DNA of 64,000 nucleotides from Marsupella aquatica (lineage: Eukaryota > Plantae > Marchantiophyta): assembly GCA_973895155.1 (NCBI GenBank), contig OZ316894.1:5870268-5934267 (forward strand), written 5' to 3'. This document shows, one piece after another, positions 36,319 to 47,949 of this stretch; the first letter of the stretch is position 1; every line of letters begins with the position of its first letter. Made by a program: the position numbers and the translations under genes. The notes beneath the pieces were generated by a model that was not told the origin of the DNA, made no database searches, and saw only the letters and a program-made list of their open reading frames with translations.

Positions 36319-38043
36319 AAAAGGTGGGTGACATACAGGTTTATGCCCCTAAAGTGAAAAGTGTTATTTGATAGGACCCTTGAGTGATCCAGACCTTTGA
36401 TAGAGTTATCCAGACCTTTGATAGATCTTAACTCAACGTACTGAAAACTTTTGTCAGTTGGGGAGAAGGTTAGGTTTGGGGTCCTTCAAGCAAATACCTT
36501 GGGCCACATCCAAAGCTCTTGGCACAATGCAACAACTGGGGTAGGGGTACCATCCTGAACCCATGAAACCCCCCAAAACCCCCAAATTGGGCACAAGCCT
36601 GCCTCTACACGTGGCCAGCTGGCAAAATTTCACTGAAAAATGGCACGTACATCAGCCAAATTTACACACGCCCGAAATCAGCTTTAATTAGAAGTAAATG
36701 ATAATAAATAATGAACGGGTCTAGACCAGTCGTCAGATCTTAAGATCAACGGCGCAGAGTTTCTGAGGGATGTCCCCTGAAAATGCCGCATAATTCCGAA
36801 GTGCATCGGCGCACTGGCTATGGAGTCGAGACTTTGTTGAGAGTCCTCGACCATTGGCTATGGATTGAGAAACTTGAGGAATTGAGGAGACTTGGGTTTG
36901 CTTGAAATGTCGAAGGCTTCGGGCGGCGCGGAGATGGATCGATGGAATCCTCAAAGTAAATTTACAATTAATTGCGTTGCATGCAAGTTGCTCGAGGTGT
37001 TTCTCATTTCTGCTCCTTCGATGCATGCGACTGACAAGCTCTTGGAGACTGCCCTGCCCTCTCCTGTAGCAGAATCGCAGAATGCTCGTGTGTCCATAGA
37101 ATGTCTCCGCACGATCTGCGGTTTAAGCCTCATCATCAAGTTCGCCATTGATTTCACCGGGGGACATGTTGGGAGCGCTCCAGGGCCCCGCGGACATTGC
37201 ACAGTGATCACTCCCTTGGAAAGTTGGATTGATTGATTCATTTGATTTATCTCTGCTTGGATCCTTTCGTTCAATAGGGGGTCTAGGCACCGGGTTTAAT
37301 AACATGCAATGCAGGACAACAGGACGCCAGACATGCAGCCAGAGTTTAGGCCAGTAGCGAGACATTGTCTTGTGGATGGTATGATTATTGGATTGGGGAC
37401 TCTCCGAGACTCCGAGCTAGTGAGTTTTATTAGCGGTGCGACTGGTTTCAGACGGACCGTGCTCACCGGCAATAAACAACCCCATCGCTTTCAGTTTTCC
37501 CACTTTCTGGGAACCTATGCAGTTAGTCTGATGTTTATTATTGTCATGTTCCCTAGGTGGCCAGCTTTGAGCCTTTGAGAGTGTCCATCGTACTATTTAT
37601 TATTAGTAGACGGCATCGATCAAATGGAGTAGTAAATTGCCGCAAGTGAGAATTGAATTCCTTGACGCCACTAGCCTAATAAAGCCGAAAACTTGCAAGC
37701 GTGTTCTCTTTTGGTCCCCAAGAAGAGGTAAGTGGTTGCCGCGTGATGTGGAGTCGTTGCTAAAACCAGGGGTACACTAAACGGACCCTCGTGTCTGCCC
37801 TCGTTTTTTGCCATGAAAGTTTCCAGTTAATTTCCATACAATTTTGAGGCCTGTCTGAGTGCCTTGCTTGTCGTAAGCAGCTCGTGATGGTGATGGTAGA
37901 ATATTAATGGTTGAGTGTATAGTGTGTGACTTTCTGCATTGTGGGATATATTGCCCCGAAATTCGAAAAATGCAAAGAGAAAAATCATGAAGGGCATTTA
38001 GTAAGGCGGAGTCCCTGCACGTTGATTTACTCTGAGGATAAGC

Positions 38044-38153
38044 ATCCTCAGTCTGTAGGAAAGAGAAAGTTTGCGTTGCAGGCATCCTGTAGAGAAAGAG
38101 AAAGTTTGCGTTGCAGGCATCCTCTGTAGAGAAAGAGAAAGTTTGCGTTGCAG
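38044..38153. repeat. ~34-37-bp minisatellite x3 (GAAAGAGAAAGTTTGCGTTGCAGGCATCC)
   Basis: Three near-identical tandem copies. Confidence 0.9.
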
Positions 38154-40734
38154 TGCAGACGGACGGCCTAGGGAGGCTTTAGACCATTCCACGGATCCAC
38201 TGCCACCCATCCAATCAAGCTACTGTAGTGTTGTCGACCTACCCAAATCCGATATGATCCTTCCCATGCCAGGACCCCGTGGCCATTTGAAAAGCTCTAC
38301 CAACTACTAACCACTGTAGTTGACCTCAAAGAAGCTCAGACACAATATGCCCGTTTGAAAAGAGCGAGTCACTGTGATCGACCAGAAAAGGCTTGGGCAT
38401 GATCTTTCCGTGCTTGCCCGCCCGCCATCCATCGGTAATTGTTGAGATTCAAGCCGCAATACTGTAGTCCTAGAAAGTCCCGAGCATGATCTCTCCATAC
38501 TGGCCGTTGTTCTACCCATAGCTGCTCTACAAAATTTGCGCCACTGTAGAAAAGCAGGATCACGATTTCTACTGTGGCCATCTATGGAAGGCCGTTTGAA
38601 TGAATTCGAGCAACTGTAGTCCGGGCTACCTCATATTGCTCGAGCTTGATAACTATCTCCTGGCTAAATGACATTCTCAATTATATGAAGTTACTATCAA
38701 TCGATCGATGTTCGGAAAAAAATTGAATCCCGGATTTGAATGTGATCCCAACTCCCGAAAACGAGAGAGGGAGGCCATTGATAGCAGACGGTGGCTCACA
38801 TCGTAAATACAAGTAAGTTCCTGCGCAATGTCAGCGTCCCTTCTCATGAGCGATCCCACATCGCCATGAGTATATAGTAACAACATGAAGTAACGGAAAG
38901 AAGTATGCGACAATTCGATTAAAGCAAACGGCTGGAGGAACAATTCGCTGGAGACTGGAATTTGCCACTGTTAGCAAGAATGAGTGAATGAATGACAGAC
39001 TGATACTACGTACAAACTTTCCGTTCATGATCATGAGGCCATCTCTTGATCGTGCCGGCACGATTGAAAAAGTGGCTACCAGGCACAGCGACAGAGTCAG
39101 ATTGATTCGAAATTGAACATACAAGCCATGCCTTCCAAGCTCCAACTCCTAGATTTTCGAATTTGGAGAAAGATTCGCTTCTGTAACGAACAACTAGCAA
39201 CGACACTCTCTGACGTCACCATCTCTTGTTCGAAAAGGCTCTGCTTCAACCCCTATTCCCCTCTCGCAAGAGCTGGCGAATTCGATCGTAAACCCCTGTA
39301 GAACAACACTCACTAGCTTACTGTCAGTGGATGTTGTTTCCTGAGGATGCAATTTTCATAGTTGAGGATAAAATTAGCTATCGGTGTTGTGAAGACAGAA
39401 TCACCATTCCTGTCTCCCGCCTTCACACAGCTTGTCTTCGCCGACATCAATGTCGGCTGAGGCGAAAAGTCAGGAACTGTGATGAGCTCCTCATAGAACC
39501 GGTCAAGTGTTTGGATTTTGCTATCATGATGAGTTCACATGTTCATGACCACCACGACGATGACTGCCAGTCTGGCACCCTGCGCAGGACCTTTAAATAC
39601 CCCTAAAAAAAAATCCATTTTTTCCAGAACGATAGTAACAAATCAAATCGCTAAAGCAATGGACAGCAAACGATCACAGAAAAGCGCACTGTCGTGGCTT
39701 ACTCGCAGAGTTCTAGACCCTCCTTTGGCTTCGACGATAGCATCCACCTTGACACTGACGAGCAAAGACTACATATATCATCAGCGAGCAACGAATGGAT
39801 GCAATAGTTTAGTACTTTCGCATGTCGACTCTCCTGTCAGACAAACGGCGGTGCATCCAAACTCACAGATCAGAATTTACTTCACGTCGTCATGGAAGCT
39901 TTTTTTGGAGATGAATAGCGCCCTGACGAGTCGCTCCATCTTTAGTCCTCTCTCTTTGCATTTTTGGCTTGCTCTCTTGTTGTCTTTTCTCTCGTTCATT
40001 TCTCTTTCATTTGGCAAACTGCTCTTTCATGCATGTAATTTCTTGGGGTCTCCCTTCGAGTCAATTCAGTTTGTTAGCTAGGGACAATGGTTGCAGTTAA
40101 TCCAGAACTTTCGTATGATCGATCACCACCCTCCGATTTCTTGGGGCTCTTATATTGAGGATAGACTTTGGAATGGTGGGTTTGGGTTCAGGATTTCTGA
40201 ATTTGACAGCCAGCTCCAGAAAGTTTATGCGTATCAGCTTCAATTTCAGCAGTTCTCGTGTCAGTCCCTTGTAGTTAGCTAGCGTGAAGGCTTTCAGCTG
40301 GAATGGAACGTAGACAATGCTCCAGTACATACACAGCCAGGCTCTTATCCTTTTTTGAAATGTCATCAGCTACCCATCTCCTTGCCAGCATTGCTACCAA
40401 CCAAACACCGAGGACGATGACGGCCGCACAGATATAGACGCAGCGAGACATATATGCTCAGAAATTGACGAAATGAAAATCAATCAACCGAGGGACTGTG
40501 ACCGTAAGAGTAACATTCAAAGCGATTTGCTGAATGTAGCAAATCTGCGTATAAATTCCAGACACGTTTTCCAGCTCAAAGGATTCCGTGCTGCACTAGT
40601 TAAATTTCTTCTTTGGCTGTTTCCTTCTTGGAAGGCTTAGTATCTTTCCTGGTACCAGCCGTTTTGTTTGCACTTCTGACCTGTGGTCCACCTTTGGAGT
40701 TGCCCTTGTGGTGGCCTCGTTGTATACTGTCTCT

Positions 40735-40982
40735 ATGAACGAAATTTAAACAGATCTTTCAAGGGGAAAAGACCTCTTCTAAGGTGTATTTTCTAGCTTT
40801 TGTGAATGAAATTTAAAAAGATCTTTCATGGCAAAAAAAACTCTTCAAAGGTGTGTTTTTCCAGCTCTTGTGAATGAAATTTAAAAATATCTTTCAAGGC
40901 AAAAAATAATTCTTCAAAGGTGTGATTTCCAGAATTCAAAAAATCTTTCCAGCAAAACATAAATTCAAAGGTGTGTTTTCAT
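40735..40982. repeat. ~67-bp degenerate tandem repeat, 3-4 copies
   Basis: TGAAYGAAATTTAAA..ATCTTTCA.GG..AAAA..CTTC.AAGGTGT..TTTT recurs at ~40736, 40803 and 40871, plus a partial copy. Confidence 0.8.
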
Positions 40983-41242
40983 CCCTCCAGACACGCTAAC
41001 CGACTCACACGCTAATCTCTCTTGAAGAGCCAAAAGGGCATTGCGAGAGAACAATATTGCACGGTTGATAGTTAAAACGCTAACAATCACATATTTAGAA
41101 TAACACTCACTGGTTTAAAGAGTATAATTTGGTGTATCATGGTATGGAGTGACATCATACATCAAATATCAGCACATGTTCATGTGCGATTAGCGGGGAT
41201 GCTTGAATTTCTCACAAGTGCACACATGTCTATGCTGACAAT

Positions 41243-41413
41243 GGAGAGATGTACTTGATGGACCCCTAAATTGAAATGTCTTACTTGATAGACCCCATGA
41301 GCCTTTGGGTACATTGATTTGAGATCTATCAAGGGTCTGGATCACTCATGGACCTGCTCATGAGTCCATCAAGAAACACTTTGCATTTTGGGGGTCCATC
41401 AAGTATCTCTCCC
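41243..41413. mobile_element. Mutator-like MITE / long hairpin (171 bp) with near-perfect 9-bp TSD
   Basis: Left arm GGAGAGATGTACTTGATGGACCCC...CTTGATAGACCCCATGAGC is inverse to right arm GCTCATGAGTCCATCAAG...GGGGGTCCATCAAGTATCTCTCC; flanks GCTGACAAT (41234-41242) and GGTGACAAT (41414-41422). Confidence 0.65.
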
Positions 41414-41924
41414 GGTGACAATCAGGACAGACGTGCACATCTATGCTCATGGAGAGCCCTTTCTATGCTCCAGACGCTTTGTAGTTGCTTTTTCCTTTCA
41501 ATAGCTCTAAGGCTGTGTAGTTGCTTTTTCCTTTCTATGTTTCCAAGGCTGTGTAGTTGGGTGGTTGTTCCCACATTTGTATCTCCTGTCCAGGACCAAA
41601 AGAGTACAAAAATCTTACTGGCTACCTATTTACATGCCCCCTAAAGATCAGACAGACGTCCAAAAAGTCACAGGCATAATTAAAGAACCTTGCTTATGGC
41701 AGTGCTTTGAGACACTCAATTAGCAAGCAGTTGACAATGTCTTCTCTACACTTGAACATGCATTTTCACTCTGCCTCCAGAGCAAATGATTTTCACTCTG
41801 CCTCCGGAGCAAATGATTTTCACACTGCCTCCAGAGCAAATGAGTTTTACTAGTGACCACTTAGAGAAATTCTTCTGGTGTTTTTTCAAACCCCTGCCCA
41901 ATATGCACAGATAACAAAAACTAA

Positions 41925-43075
41925 TTCGACTCAACCAGTCTGGTTTGGGGACTCTCTCCCTCCCGGCTGGTTAGACTTCCCGTTAGCTGGTCTCAAACCT
42001 CAAAATTTGATGGACCTAGCCGGGGACCTAGCTTAACTTACAAACTCAACAAGTTATGGACTACCAAATCCACAATTCCACAAATGTTTCCTATAAAGAT
42101 TGGTCCGATGCCATGACTGTACATCACTGCATGACTGTACGTCACTGTAGAGACTAGTGAAAAATGGTGACATACTTAACCCTGTGAGAAAGCTCTGGTA
42201 ATTTGTTGTGGTCAAAAGCCATCATCAGCAACTCTGAATCGTTGAGATGCCCTATTGGATCCCTGGGTATCTTTCCCTTGTGGTTACCCTAGAGAGAAGC
42301 ATAGTCCAAAGTTTATTGTCTATCTTCTATTGGTTGGGTCTCCTTTCCATGTCAAGGCAACAAGAGAAGAAACTAATTAATGGAAATAGTTTTGTTTAGC
42401 TCAGCCTAGTCAGTTTTGGGGCTCTGATTTAACCCTCTCTCCCTTGTGGTTGAAGTCCCTATTGGATCCCTATGTACCTTCCCTTTGTGATTACCCCTAC
42501 AAAGGGTCATGCTCTGAAGTTGATGGTCTATTCTCTGTTGGATGGGTCTGCTTTTGGGTACAAGGCAAAAAAAATGTCAATGGGTGGGAAGTAACAAAAA
42601 GGCTTGCCGGAACTTTTAAGTGACAAAAAGGCTTGCTGGAACTTTTTTTCACACACCACAAACCCAAAATACTGTCCGACAAAGGTCGCCCAGTACTCTC
42701 AGACAAGGAGGAAAGGTAGTTTTATTTAGCTCAGCCAAGTCTGGCTTGGGGCCCTAATTTAACCCTGACTCTCTGACTCCTGGTTTGGGTACCTATTGGA
42801 TCCCTGGGTATCTTCCCCTCTAGATCGGTTGCATGGGTCTCCTTTGGGTTTCAAGGCACCAAAACTTGCACGGAAAATAATGAAAATTAAAATTCGTTTG
42901 ACTCAGCCAAGTCCGGCTTGGGGCCCTGGTTTAACCGTCTCTCCTCCTGGGTAGAGTTCCTGTTAGATCCCTAGGTATAGTCCCCTTGTGGCTCCCTAAT
43001 TAAAGTGGTGCATGCTCTCAAGTTGATCATCTATTCTCTATTTGGAGGGCTCTGCTTTGGGTTGCAAGGCAAATA
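41925..43075. repeat. Degenerate array of ~170-330-bp units
   Basis: CCTATTGGATCCCT..GTA.C..CCC at ~42251, 42459, 42792 and 42959, and (A/G)CTCAGCC.AGTC.G..TTGGGG at ~41929, 42399, 42729 and 42901. Confidence 0.7.
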
Positions 43076-45189
43076 AAAGCTCCTCTGAAACCCTTCAAAA
43101 AAACAGGATCTCCTCTGAAACCCTGCAAAATGACAGGATAACCTGTGCTGGTGCAGAGAGTGTTACCTAGCATTAAAGTAGTCTGTTTTGTCTAAATTGC
43201 AAAAAGCACACTGCTTGGGACCACCAGACCGTGGAAGCTCCTTATTTGAAACGAGCAAAGGAACCTGTTCGAAATCCAACATGCCCTCCCACATTAGTGC
43301 GTAATGTGAAACAATGGAGAGATATTGACTGCAGTGATTGTAACCCAGGTAAACATGCTGACATAATCCTCAGTTTCGTGCAAGGCTCTGCAGATAGATT
43401 ACAGGCAGTGAAAAAGAATAGCAGTTCTGTTTGTCTAGAAGAAAAGGGTCAAACAAACTACAATGTAGGAAAAGGCAAAAGAGGTCCAAGGCTGGCAAAC
43501 ACCAAAGTCACAAGTGAGCAAACCTTTCTTTTCCTCTCTTTAGTGAGCAAAGGCAAACTTGGAAAGAGGGAAAATAAACAAACAAACAAAAAGTTTCTCA
43601 TCTTTGCTTTCATATCTGACATATCCTTTTTGTCTAGACACTTTTTATTTTCGTTTCAGGGCCTTTACAGAACAATGATGCTCTGGCTTTGGTTTTCAGT
43701 CAGCACTTATGTTCGTTGTCCCCTGAATCTCATTTGTTGTTTTGTTCCTTTTTGAGTCTTTGTTCCTTTTTGAGTCCTTGTTTCTTACTGGGGGTCCCAT
43801 CTTTGTTTTTTGTTTTTTGGAAAGGGGGGCGCAGAGGCCGTCAAAAACAGGCAAGGCGGCGAAGACCACCCAAGAAGGAACCAAACTGGACCCAAGGGGG
43901 TCCCATCTTTGTATAATTGTCTTCACAGGTTATGAAAGCAAACTAGATTTTCAAGCGATTTCCAATTGGCTGTTCTTATGCTTAAAATGACTACATAGAC
44001 GCTGTCAGCCACGTCTCGAGCTGGATCTACAGAACAGTACAGTTGGGTAGCAATGTGGCTGGCTGGGCATGGTGATCAATCCTGCAAATTCAAGGTTGGA
44101 CAATCTTATCCATTGCTTTAACTATCTTACATGTTTGGCAGTTGCTAGTAAACATATGCGACTTGTGAATAACAAAATGTATATTTTAAGGTAATAATGG
44201 TATGTGTAAATCTAGTAAGGCATTTCGATGCTTTTTCAAAGTTCAAACAGTGAACTAGGCAATTCTGAAGTACCACATTGAAGCTTTGCACGACACTGTT
44301 GCAAACAGACTAATCAGTCTTTCGACTAAGACTTGAGGACATGAACGTGTTTGTGAAAAGCCATACTAGCTGCTCTGTTTGTTCTTCTTGACGCCTGCCT
44401 TGGTTGGTCATTAGAGGATTTCATTATAAACTTCTGTCGCTTGCAGGGAACTGCTGAGAGTGACAAATCAGACCATCACTTCAGCAGTGTTGGGTTCTTA
44501 GAACCCAGTAATGATTTAATTGAATCTCGCTAGTTGCTAAGCACCTGCCTGAGACAGCTGAGTACTGCAAGAAATAACGCACTAGCGATATACATCGAAA
44601 CAAGATCGGCTCAAATTTGCAAATCAACATAACTGGCGTATGTTTCAACTCTGGCACTGTCCAAATACGCAAGCTAGAGATACACACAACAAGGGAGAGT
44701 GAACTCTGAAAGCAGAGATCCCTTATTTGAAAGACACTAGCATCCCTAAAGTTAACAAAGTGATAGAGCTTTGGCTGCAATGTGCACCGAGGATGAAAGC
44801 AATGTTGTTAAAATAGTAAATGTACCATGGCCCAACAACTCACGCTTCCCCTTCGTTTGACTGAGCAACAAAATTTCTGGAAGGTCCGATCCTTCTCTAG
44901 TAACAGTCCTGCGGACAACGAGCATATTAGAATACTATCTCTGACTGTTGAGACGAGCATTGCATAACATCAATCAGTTTCGGCCAAACCTGTCATCAAG
45001 CACTGAACATTCAATTTTTTTAATGTTTAATTGAACATCATGGTAACATATGACCTCGAAAATGCGTGAGATTGCTGGTCCTTAGAAAAATTGAGGAGCT
45101 GTCACCTGATTGGAAGACTTTCATCATTGTGAGCAAGCAGGGAATGTCAATTGCAGGTAAACATCCAGAATCCACAACTTTTGACAGAG

Positions 45190-46311
45190 TCAGTCACTGC
45201 AGATGACACTTTCTCTTTGTTGGTGCCAATCGTGGACTCCATTCATCAACTGAGAGGACGCCTCTTCACTGAAAGTTTCTAAAGAAGGTAAAGGTCCTGA
45301 AAGGACCATGACATTTCTTCCCTCATCCTGCAATTGTTTGAGGTTGATCTCTCCATTGAAAGCTACAGAGAGGGCAGAGGTGGTGGCATCCACCCCCTTC
45401 CTCCATTCCTCTGTCTCCAAAACAACTTCTTGGTTCACATCTAATTGCCTATCGGCCACCGGGGGGCCACCACAATTCACCATTACCCTTCCCCCAGGTA
45501 GGAGTCTTCTCCGAAGCATAGCCCATACGGCACTACTCTTGAGACCTTCGCAGATTCTCCCGTTACTGTATAAGTCCACAATCAAGCCTGCAAAACGACC
45601 TTCAGCCATGGAATCTTCCTTCAAAGCATCCCCAACATGAACCACCAATGCAGGTCCAGGCGTCACTTTCCTATAATTATGTTGAGCTCGTCCTTTTCTG
45701 TCAAAATCTTTCTGCCCTGAAACCTCCAGATCAGCCAGGCCAAAATAGGCACGACCCACTCTTACTACTTCAGCATCAATCTCCCACCCTTCCAATTGTC
45801 TCGAAGGCCACTCATGCAGTAGAAGCCTGGCTACTGTCCCAGCTCCGAGACCCAAGACTGCTATTGGACCAGGAGGCACGAGCACTGGCAGAATTATATA
45901 TTCGTCGTAGTAAGCTCCTGTCCACACTCGTTGATCGTGCCAGTAGACACTGTGGACGAGATTTCTGCTGTCAAGCTTGAGGATGTAAGCCCCTGCAAAC
46001 TCATGGTCTGCATCAGATCCAACCTCAATTACAGAAATCTGATTGAATGGACTGGTAAACTCGTCAACCAGCCATGCCTCACTGTTGTTATCCTCAGTGT
46101 CATGAGAAACCTGTTCAGTATCCATGGCATGGGAACATACGAGAAATCGTTCATATAGAACTGAACCTGATCTCGTGCCTGAGCTCATAGAAGACTTCTG
46201 AATGTGGCACTTCACAAGATTCCCGGATTGGCGAATGCGACGCTCGAAACTTGTCGTGGGAGTCGTACCCAGTAGACCCAACTGAGCTCCCACAGGTGTA
46301 GCAGCCCACAT
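45190..46311 (-). CDS. SAM-dependent methyltransferase, spermidine-synthase-like (At5g63100-type), probably organelle-targeted, 373 aa, single coding exon
   Basis: Motif I GPIAVLGLGAGT, EGWEIDAEVV, HVGDA, LIVDLY, LLPGGRVMVNCGG; S/T/R-rich N-terminal extension. Confidence 0.9.
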   Translation of the reverse strand: MWAATPVGAQLGLLGTTPTTSFERRIRQSGNLVKCHIQKSSMSSGTRSGSVLYERFLVCSHAMDTEQVSHDTEDNNSEAWLVDEFTSPFNQISVIEVGSDADHEFAGAYILKLDSRNLVHSVYWHDQRVWTGAYYDEYIILPVLVPPGPIAVLGLGAGTVARLLLHEWPSRQLEGWEIDAEVVRVGRAYFGLADLEVSGQKDFDRKGRAQHNYRKVTPGPALVVHVGDALKEDSMAEGRFAGLIVDLYSNGRICEGLKSSAVWAMLRRRLLPGGRVMVNCGGPPVADRQLDVNQEVVLETEEWRKGVDATTSALSVAFNGEINLKQLQDEGRNVMVLSGPLPSLETFSEEASSQLMNGVHDWHQQRESVICSD

Positions 46312-47949
46312 AGTTTCCCTTCAAAGGGGTGAACTATCGAGACCTTTGAAAGTAAAAGTGCTAAACCTCGAAAATCTTTGTTAGGAGTCGCAGGATTTCA
46401 TTTATGCCCCCCGGTGCCAAATTTCCATACATCGACTATTGTCCACTAAATAAATCTGCAAGGAACAGAGATGGCATTGATTAAGCCCTACGTCCTTCGC
46501 GCAACACCTCCAAGTCCTCTGCTTACATTCTCGGAGAATCCTTGCAAGGTCACCAAATGGCTAGACTTCTGAGACCTAAACTCATTCGAACTTCTGAGGA
46601 GAGGTCTGAGCAGGACACAGGAAATCTTCACAGGTCCTTGGTTAGAGAAACCCGAGAACAGAATCTCTCTCTACCTCACCAAAATTCGCGAATCCTCAAC
46701 TCGTACCTCAATGGTACCAACTGGGGATGAGTCCACGTGAATCTGAAGGACTAGAAGCCTCACAAACTATAAACGTCTAGCTCAGCATTCGATCGTTCAG
46801 TCTCTCTTGCGTTTTCAGAACTGAGTGAAGAGGAATGCAGACAGCCTACACTCTGTCGACCAATTTCGGTCGGCCATCCTACTTCCAAACCATCCCTGTG
46901 AATTTCTGTCCACAAGGTTCTGCAGCAAGCCATTTCTGATCATTTCTGCCGCTTAAACAACAACTGCGGCAACTTTCGGGGTGTCAATCAACTTTCGTAA
47001 GAGATTGATGTCAATCACTGCCTTATGGGGAACCACTTTCATATTTATCGGGCAACAACCCTTGTGCTAGGTGCGAAGACTGCTATAGTGGGTTTTGGTG
47101 TGCTTACAACCCACAGTAGGTCTGAGTAGATTACCTCAACTTACTCCTGGGGATCCAACACCCAAATATTACCACCACTCACTCTTGGGCATCCAACACC
47201 CTAAGATTGAAGCCTGGATGGCCCACGTGGACTCGGATGGATAATCCCAACCCGAACGGATTGTCCTAAAATATTATACTTTACTCAGATGGTACAATTT
47301 GTTTGTACAAGTGTTCACATTTGGGAGTCTCCAGTGTGGACTAGTCTTGGGTCCATTGCTCAAAAAGGGGTTGCCCCTCGAAAATCCACCTTCCTGATCG
47401 CTTGCGGGAGAAAATGAAAGAAAGTCCTCTCCTGATGTCTGTCATCTATGCTATGCCCTATGTGTACCTTTGAGACTAGATCCAACAGCTGTTATGGTGC
47501 GCTAACTCTGGGAGGAAATTTCAACCTTAGATTCTGTTGAATTTAAGAGCACATTTGCCCCGATTAGCGGATTCTTGGATTTTTACATCTCTGTAATCTG
47601 GGTGGGGCTTAGAAGAATCCGACAAGCGGAAAACTGATTAGAATTTGTGAGCTCAGTCACCATTAGCCGGGAAAGAGATTGAATTCACCTACGATGGAAG
47701 CCCTCCACTGGCCCAATTTATCTCCTAGTCTCGATTGGAAAAGAAGGAACTCCTCGGCTGATACAGCAAATTGAGTGGAAAGATACGGAGAGGGAGAGGC
47801 AGAAAAGGGAAACAGGATCAGGTCTTGCAACAGACGCTCATCAGGCGGGACGGGAAAACCAGCATAAATGGACTTTGTTGGAGAGCCCTCAGATTTTCTG
47901 ACTCCACCTCATTCACTCCACGAGACCATCGGTCCGGAAGTTGCCATCA

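Noticed and set aside
43231-43990. Overlapping 75-174-aa ORFs
   Set aside because: Low-complexity A/T-run sequence typical of repeat or LTR-like DNA; no domain recognised.
45308-46158. Plus-strand ORFs overlapping the methyltransferase (and similar antisense ORFs over other genes)
   Set aside because: Antisense shadows of real coding sequence with no independent signal.
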